From: Patescibacteria group bacterium
GTDB lineage: Bacteria; Patescibacteriota; WWE3; UBA101185; UBA10185
DNA length: 64,000 nt
Direction of reading: 5' to 3'
NCBI GenBank assembly: GCA_042571515.1
Contig: JBHPHX010000002.1
Coordinates: 31,164 to 95,163, forward strand
Part shown: positions 58,941 to 64,000 of the stretch, one piece after another
How positions within the stretch are numbered: position 1 is the first letter of the stretch
Layout of the letters: every line of letters starts with the position of its first letter
Notes under the pieces: model-generated
The model's input: only the letters and a program-made list of their open reading frames with translations
Database searches by the model: none
Told to the model about the DNA's origin: nothing
Translations under genes and position numbers: made by a program

Positions 58941-58947
58941 TTCCAGC

Positions 58948-59499
58948 ATGAGTAAAGTTTCAATGGATTTAAAAAAAGAAAAACGCTTAATCGAGCTCGC
59001 TCGCAAAGACAAAAAACACTTTGGTCCCCTATACAAACACTATGTACGACATATTATGAAATACTTCTCTTTTAGGCTTAACAACAACCAAATCGCCGAG
59101 GAGCTTACTTCTCAAACTTTTGAAAAAGCGTTAAAAGGACTAGATAATTTTCAGTGGCAGGGGGTATCTTTTTCGGCGTGGTTGTACCGAATAGCTAGAA
59201 ATACACTCGTAGATTATTACCGAAAAAATGAAAAGAGAAGTAAGGTTTCTAGTCTAGACGATACTTTTGAACCAGAAGGGGACTCCCCTACCCCTCCCGA
59301 GCAGGTAGAAATAGCGTTTGAGCAGGAATATTTGCATAAACTACTAAATGAACTTCCACAGCGCGATCGTGACATTATATACATGAAATTTTTTGATGGG
59401 TATACAAATAGAGTAATTGCAAAGACAACGGGTTTAAGTGAAACAAATGTGGGGACGATTGTTTATAGGGCAATAAGGAAGTTAAGGGAAATGTATTAG
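58948..59499 (+). CDS. ECF-type RNA polymerase sigma factor (sigma-70 family)
   Basis: Region 2: FSAWLYRIARNTLVDYYRK. Region 4: LSETNVGTIVYRAIRKLRE. Confidence 0.85.
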   Translation: MSKVSMDLKKEKRLIELARKDKKHFGPLYKHYVRHIMKYFSFRLNNNQIAEELTSQTFEKALKGLDNFQWQGVSFSAWLYRIARNTLVDYYRKNEKRSKVSSLDDTFEPEGDSPTPPEQVEIAFEQEYLHKLLNELPQRDRDIIYMKFFDGYTNRVIAKTTGLSETNVGTIVYRAIRKLREMY

Positions 59500-59500
59500 G

Positions 59501-60253
59501 TTAATTAAGAACCAATTCCACAGGACAATGGTCCGAGCCAAACACCTCCGTTAGAATATCCGCCGAAATTAATTTCTTCTCCAGATTTCTCGTTACGAGA
59601 AAATAATCAATTCGCCAACCAACATTCCTTTCACGAGCATCAAACATCTGTAACCACCAAGTATATTTACGTTCCTCTGGGTGAAAATACCTAAAAGTGT
59701 CTATAAATCCTGTTTTCAACAGTTTACTAAACCAGTTTCTTTCCTCATCTGTAAAACCAGCATTTCCTCTATTTTGTTTAAACCTCTCAATATCAAGTTC
59801 TGTGTGGGCAACGTTAAAATCTCCCGCTAAAATTGTGGGCTTTTTTAAATTTTGCATTTGAGCTAAAAATTCATTGTTGAAGTTCATTTTGTGGTCTAAT
59901 TTTTCTAGGGATCTGCCAGTGTGGGGAAAATAAACATTCAGTAAATCAAGTTCGTTAAATTCCAGATGCAAAATTCGCCCCTCATCTCCGGAATCAACCT
60001 TTGTTTCTGTGGGTTTCTTTTTGGATAACACTAGTAAACCACTATAACCCCCTCTTCTTGTGGCGTAATGCCAAAACTGATGATACTTAGGCAAATTTTC
60101 TGAAAATAACTCTTTAATTGGATCTGCGTCTTTTTCTGATAATTTTATTTCTTGGAAACAATAAATGTCTGCGTTGTCTTTTTTGAGAAATTCTAATAAA
60201 CCTTTTTTAACACAAGCTCTTATTCCGTTTACATTCCAAGATATTATTTTCAC
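59501..60253 (-). CDS. xth: exodeoxyribonuclease III
   Basis: (V)KIISWNVNGIRA..., FQEIK, GDFNVAH, GSDHCPV. Start set at the GTG 60253, the typical MKIISWNVNG N-terminus; the track begins at a TTG at 60271. Confidence 0.85.
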   Translation of the reverse strand: MKIISWNVNGIRACVKKGLLEFLKKDNADIYCFQEIKLSEKDADPIKELFSENLPKYHQFWHYATRRGGYSGLLVLSKKKPTETKVDSGDEGRILHLEFNELDLLNVYFPHTGRSLEKLDHKMNFNNEFLAQMQNLKKPTILAGDFNVAHTELDIERFKQNRGNAGFTDEERNWFSKLLKTGFIDTFRYFHPEERKYTWWLQMFDARERNVGWRIDYFLVTRNLEKKLISADILTEVFGSDHCPVELVLN

Positions 60254-60271
60254 AAAGGAATTATATAGCAA

Positions 60272-60307
60272 GAAAAAAGCGCTGCTTCTAAAATTTCAAA
60301 GCAACGC
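60272..60307 (-). terminator. intrinsic terminator after the 69-aa gene
   Basis: On the minus strand: GCGUUGCUU-(11-nt loop)-AAGCAGCGC, 9 bp including one G-U pair, followed by UUUUUUC (plus-strand A6 at 60273..60278). Confidence 0.7.
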
Positions 60308-60320
60308 CTTTTGACAACTT

Positions 60321-60530
60321 TTAAGCTTTTGGCAAATCTAACTCCTTTTCTTTTTCCTTCTTTTCGATTTGACTCAAAATTCCGTCTCTAAAAACTTCAA
60401 GATTTCTCTGCTGCTTATCATTTTTGAATACATCTACCTCAGGGCTACCGATAGCATCTTTACACGCTCTTATTTCCGAATTTACCTCTGCTAACTTAAC
60501 ATACAGATCTTTTAGGGACATTTGTGTCAC
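60321..60530 (-). CDS. small hypothetical protein (69 aa, charged, helix-prone)
   Basis: GTG start with AAGGAG 7 nt upstream. TATAAT at 60575..60580 (minus). Own terminator downstream. Confidence 0.55.
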   Translation of the reverse strand: MTQMSLKDLYVKLAEVNSEIRACKDAIGSPEVDVFKNDKQQRNLEVFRDGILSQIEKKEKEKELDLPKA

Positions 60531-60589
60531 TTTTTATCTCCTTTTTTTGTATTCGTTGGAAAATGTCAAGATGGATTATACCAAGAATA

Positions 60590-61594
60590 TTAGCCCTTTG
60601 CAGAAACAATGCTGTATAAAACCCTTCCCAATTTTTCCGAATCATGACGAATTAGGCTTCGCTTTACAACATCACCAGACTTTCTTACTACTTCACTTCT
60701 TGCCACCAGATCTTTTTTGACAATCTCTATACCTGGAAGTTTTTTTAAATCATTTATTACCACAAACTCATTTGCTCTTGCATATTTCACAACAACATTG
60801 TTAGGAAGATCCCCATTGTTAACCAGAATAAAATGAGGATATTTCCCAATATATTTTCTAATTTCCTCCACATGATCTTTTGCTGAGAAATTGTGTGTTT
60901 GGCCATACTTTGTAACTAAATTTACAATATAGGCTATTTTTGCCTTAGAGTTCTCAATAGATTTTGCACACCCAGTCACCACAACATTTGCCAAAATGCT
61001 GGTATAGAGATCTCCTGGGCCCAAAACAATAAGGTCGGCCTCCGTAATTGCCTCTCTTGCTCTTTTTGAGATAGAAAGACTTGGTTGAACACTCAATTTT
61101 GTAATTTTTTGAGTAGAGTCGTGTCTGACGTGGGGCTCATCAATGTGTGCCTCTCCTACAATTAAGGAACCATCTTCATACTCTGCCACCAAGGTGGTAT
61201 GCTCCTCTGTTATAGGTAAAACCTGACCTTTTAGTCTTAATATTTTTGAAGCATATCTAAAAGCTTTTTCTTCTGATTCAAGTAGGTCTGTAAGGGCGGT
61301 TAGTAATAAGTTACCAAAATTATGGCCTTTTAAACCTGTTCCTTTATTAAATCGGTATAAAAACAAATCACGTAAAATGTCACCTTCTTTGTTGTCATCG
61401 GCTAGAGCAACTAAAGCCTGGCGCAAGTCCCCTATAGGCAGATTACCAAACTCGTCACGCAAGCGTCCGGTGCTTCCACCGCTGTCTGTGACACCTACAA
61501 TTGCAGTTATATCCAAAGGGAATTTTTTCAAACCAGAGAGTACAGAATAAGTTCCAGTTCCTCCACCAACTACAACTACTTTTTTATCCTGCAT
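60590..61594 (-). CDS. yvcK: YvcK/CofD-like (UPF0052) gluconeogenesis-factor family protein
   Basis: KVVVVGGGTGTYSVLSGLK...TDSGGSTGRLRDEFG.LPIGDLR...GPGDLYTSILAN. Confidence 0.85.
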   Translation of the reverse strand: MQDKKVVVVGGGTGTYSVLSGLKKFPLDITAIVGVTDSGGSTGRLRDEFGNLPIGDLRQALVALADDNKEGDILRDLFLYRFNKGTGLKGHNFGNLLLTALTDLLESEEKAFRYASKILRLKGQVLPITEEHTTLVAEYEDGSLIVGEAHIDEPHVRHDSTQKITKLSVQPSLSISKRAREAITEADLIVLGPGDLYTSILANVVVTGCAKSIENSKAKIAYIVNLVTKYGQTHNFSAKDHVEEIRKYIGKYPHFILVNNGDLPNNVVVKYARANEFVVINDLKKLPGIEIVKKDLVARSEVVRKSGDVVKRSLIRHDSEKLGRVLYSIVSAKG

Positions 61595-61630
61595 TAAAGG
61601 GTAAAACGTTACTTCCTAACCTTTGTCACG

Positions 61631-62089
61631 CTACTCAATCAAACAAACATTGTTTTCGTCAATTATTTCTCTCATGTTCACCACAGTTCCGTAACTCGTG
61701 TTGTACTCACACTCATAGTGACAACCCTTACCATTACTGCCTGTCCCAGCACCCAAAATTCCATTTACAACAATTTCATACTCTTCCTCCTCCACTACCT
61801 CTATAGAAGAGATACTATAGTCCGATCCTTCCGGCGTACCATCCCTTTCTATAATTCCAAGATCCTCAAACGAATCACAATCACTTTGGGGATTTCGACT
61901 GGTGTTAACACAGGTGAGCATAGCATAACAGTGCAAATCTACGTTTGCTCTAACAACAGCTTCGTTGGCCTTGCGCCGTTGAACTGGAATATTTAATGTT
62001 ACTAGAGAGATCGCAGAAATAATCCCTATTATAGCAACAACAACCAAAAGTTCTACAAGAGTAAAACCGTTTTTTATATTCTTTTTCAC
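61631..62089 (-). CDS. type IV pilin-like protein (prepilin N-terminal cleavage/methylation domain)
   Basis: GTG start. KNG|FTLVELLVVVAIIGI signature. Six Cys in the globular part. Confidence 0.8.
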   Translation of the reverse strand: MKKNIKNGFTLVELLVVVAIIGIISAISLVTLNIPVQRRKANEAVVRANVDLHCYAMLTCVNTSRNPQSDCDSFEDLGIIERDGTPEGSDYSISSIEVVEEEEYEIVVNGILGAGTGSNGKGCHYECEYNTSYGTVVNMREIIDENNVCLIE

Positions 62090-62109
62090 TTTTTAAATAC
62101 AAACCTAAA

Positions 62110-62562
62110 CTAATCAATCAAACAGTCGGCTGGGACAACTGGTGCAACCGCAGTAGCGGTTCCATCACTAGTGTTATAAGTACAATTAAAATCACATCCC
62201 GCAGAATCTGAACCAGTCACTGTGATTGTAGTCGTAGCAGGACCATAATCAATAGCGTAAGTGGAACCTATTGGTGTGTCATCAGGTGCAGTAGCGCCTA
62301 TTGTATCTACTGTATTTGCGCCAACAATGAAGGCTACACAACCAACCTCTGGTGTTGTTGTAGTTGCGGCACAGGCGTGCATAGCCAAACAAAGCTTGTC
62401 TGTATTAGCTCTTACAACAGCTTCTCTAGCCTTTCTTTGCTGCTCAGCTGGATTCATAACTGAAATAACCACACCGGCTAGAATACCGATAATAACAATA
62501 ACTATAAGCAGCTCAATTAGTGTGAAACCACCATCATTAGCACCTTTATTAAACTTTTTCAT
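62110..62562 (-). CDS. type IV pilin-like protein, Thr/Ala-rich paralog
   Basis: Start moved to the ATG 62562, which has GGGAGGAGGTG 7 nt upstream. DGG|FTLIELLIVIVIIGI signature. Six Cys at positions matching the neighbouring pilin. Confidence 0.8.
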   Translation of the reverse strand: MKKFNKGANDGGFTLIELLIVIVIIGILAGVVISVMNPAEQQRKAREAVVRANTDKLCLAMHACAATTTTPEVGCVAFIVGANTVDTIGATAPDDTPIGSTYAIDYGPATTTITVTGSDSAGCDFNCTYNTSDGTATAVAPVVPADCLID

Positions 62563-62624
62563 GGTTTTACACCTCCTCCCGTTCCTCTTTTTTAAAAAAA
62601 AGAAGATCAACATAGTTACTTGGG

Positions 62625-62651
62625 CAGATGATAACGTTAATTGATCATCTG
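62625..62651. repeat. perfect 8-bp inverted repeat with an internal palindrome
   Basis: CAGATGAT (62625..62632) and ATCATCTG (62644..62651) flank ...TAACGTTA..., itself a palindrome. Located between the HAD gene stop and the pilin gene start. Confidence 0.6.
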
Positions 62652-62667
62652 TATATTCAGTATGATT

Positions 62668-63309
62668 TCAAGAAGAAACAATGTCAAGAAGCTGCGAAGG
62701 AATATCCACAAGGTATTTGGGCATATGTTCCTTTAAAATTTCGCTTGAATTAAACCCCCATGTTACCGCTGCTATATCTATTTCTACCTTTTTACAAGCC
62801 TCAATATCTCTAACCTCATCTCCCACATACAAAACTTCTTCCTTTATATAACCAAACTCTTCTATAACTTTTTCTATTTTATGGTGCTTACCAAAAATTG
62901 CCTTCTCACTACGAATAAATTTGAATAGCTTTTCTTGTTCATCTGTAAACAAATCCGTAACATTTTTAACATAATTACTCGTAACAACCCCTTGCTCTAT
63001 TCCCAATTTGTCAATTTCCAAAAAAACTTCATTTATTCCCTCAAACATTTCCACCTCGCTAAGTCTTTGGGAAAGTTCGGTTCGAACAATTCCTGCTAAC
63101 TTAGGAAGTTGCATTACATGAATACCAAACTCTTCAAGCAAATACTTTAGTGGTCTACCTCTCAGTTCCGAGATTTCATCTTGTGAAACACCGTCAATTC
63201 CAAATTCCTGAGCATGATTATTTACTATATCAATTACAATGGGCATGGTATTTGCAATAGTTCCATCAAAATCGTATATAACTATTTTATATTTAGGCAT
63301 TTGCTCCAT
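62668..63309 (-). CDS. HAD-superfamily hydrolase (phosphoglycolate phosphatase-like)
   Basis: [13 protein letters not shown] (DxDGT), [14 protein letters not shown]. Start at the ATG 63309 or 63300; the longer track ORF would run antisense-overlapping into secA. Confidence 0.8.
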   Translation of the reverse strand: MEQMPKYKIVIYDFDGTIANTMPIVIDIVNNHAQEFGIDGVSQDEISELRGRPLKYLLEEFGIHVMQLPKLAGIVRTELSQRLSEVEMFEGINEVFLEIDKLGIEQGVVTSNYVKNVTDLFTDEQEKLFKFIRSEKAIFGKHHKIEKVIEEFGYIKEEVLYVGDEVRDIEACKKVEIDIAAVTWGFNSSEILKEHMPKYLVDIPSQLLDIVSS

Positions 63310-64000
63310 GGCAGCGTTTGAACTTTTTACCAGACCCACAGGGACAAGGGTCGTTTCTACCCACTTTTTCTTTTCCGGACTCCACTTTTTGGACACGAGC
63401 AGGGCCTTGTGCTTGCACAGCACTAGACTCCTCCCCTACTCCAGATTCAAACTCACCTTTTTGATAAGAAATATTTTGCCCTCGTTGTGTGGGACCCGCA
63501 TGCGATATTCCTACGTTAGCAGGTTCCACTGCGGCCAGTAACCTTTCTGCAACAGAGGAATAAATTTTTGATACCAGCATCTCAAACCTCTCGTGCCCTT
63601 CTCTTTTATACTCTACCATTGGAGTTTTTTGTGCGTATGCTTGCATTCCTACACCCTCTCTTAACTGATCCATAACAACAAGGTGCTCCATCCACAAAAC
63701 ATTAATTATAGGTAAGCTTATTTTGGCAATTCCATCAAGCCAAACTTCCTTTCCAAATTTCTCTGCAAATTCATCCCATTTTTTAGCCGTAAATTCCGGG
63801 GCAAATTCCTGAACTTTTTTGATAAACCAATCCTTGTGTGTCTCATCCCCCGCACCCATTTCCAAAACTCTCCTTCTTAACTGGTAAACCACCTGCCTGT
63901 GTACATTAATAACGTCATCCATTTCCACAGTTTGTTTTCGCCTGTCAAAGTTAAAGCCTTCAACTTTTTTCTGAGAATTTTCAATAGCTTTTGTTACAAT
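63293..64000 (-). CDS. secA: preprotein translocase ATPase SecA, C-terminal part (5' end outside window)
   Basis: The frame is open to the window edge. The C-terminal zinc-binding tail is [19 protein letters not shown]. Upstream residues are HSD/HWD-like ([16 protein letters not shown]). Confidence 0.9.
   Translation of the reverse strand: MVTKAIENSQKKVEGFNFDRRKQTVEMDDVINVHRQVVYQLRRRVLEMGAGDETHKDWFIKKVQEFAPEFTAKKWDEFAEKFGKEVWLDGIAKISLPIINVLWMEHLVVMDQLREGVGMQAYAQKTPMVEYKREGHERFEMLVSKIYSSVAERLLAAVEPANVGISHAGPTQRGQNISYQKGEFESGVGEESSAVQAQGPARVQKVESGKEKVGRNDPCPCGSGKKFKRCHGANA

Noticed and set aside
62563-62613. 5' extension of the second pilin ORF (MLIFFFLKKRNGRRCKT...)
   Set aside because: The ATG at 62562 has a strong GGGAGGAGG SD and gives a normal short prepilin leader. 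The extension is simply translation of the T6A8 tract.
63310-63423. 5' extension of the HAD hydrolase ORF overlapping secA
   Set aside because: It would overlap the conserved SecA zinc-finger tail out of frame by more than 100 nt. The canonical DxDGT motif begins right after the internal ATGs at 63309 and 63300.
1-64000. CRISPR arrays, tRNA/rRNA genes, IS elements, integrases, reverse transcriptases (DGR/retron) and toxin-antitoxin pairs
   Set aside because: Every gap longer than 40 nt was read (3754-3821, 7256-7376, 18883-18975, 31603-31688, 41751-41847, 43400-43476, 53394-53529, 55590-55709, 60272-60320, 60531-60589, 62563-62667). No spaced direct repeats, cloverleaf-like sequences or mobile-element ORFs were seen. 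This was a check by eye only.

Overview
Low-GC, very gene-dense bacterial window. About 53 kb (362..53393) is transcribed almost entirely from the minus strand. Compact proteins, an S5-L15 junction with no L30 gene, tandem type IV pilin-like genes and an over-representation of envelope glycosylation genes suggest a Candidate Phyla Radiation (Microgenomates/Parcubacteria-like) genome; this is inference, as no search was run. Layout on the minus strand, read from high to low coordinates: (i) secA 3' end, a HAD hydrolase, two tandem pilin-like genes, yvcK, a 69-aa orphan and xth. (ii) A small plus-strand block: TPR-containing GT-C protein, P-loop protein, class A beta-lactamase-like protein, degenerate MurF-like protein and ECF sigma factor, with mraY and lepB interleaved on the minus strand. 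(iii) rpoB-rpoC-rpsL-rpsG-fusA-tuf, then the S10/spc ribosomal protein run through secY, ybaB and adk. (iv) A ~31-kb glycan-assembly super-operon (362..31602) holding six GT2 domains, five GT4 domains, four ArnT/PMT-like GT-C proteins, two DUF2079 proteins, two MOP flippases, a UPF0104 flippase-like gene, ugd, an epimerase, and a B12-radical-SAM/ferredoxin pair. Observations most worth a second look: the architecture of that super-operon, including a GT2-DUF2079 fusion that also occurs as a separate gene pair; a non-canonical Cx4Cx2C radical SAM enzyme translationally coupled to a ferredoxin; a G+C-richer opposite-strand island (18883..19398) that is either an orphan 122-aa gene or a structured RNA; one-extra-A frameshifts in fusA and in the UPF0104 gene; an L3 protein about 60 aa shorter than usual; a degenerate MurF-like protein and a Glu166-less beta-lactamase-like protein beside mraY; and recurrent TATAAT boxes 6-9 nt from start codons, which may mark leaderless mRNAs. 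No rRNA, tRNA, CRISPR array, transposase or integrase was seen. All family calls come from motifs read by eye in the supplied translations. No database, HMM or folding computation was run.
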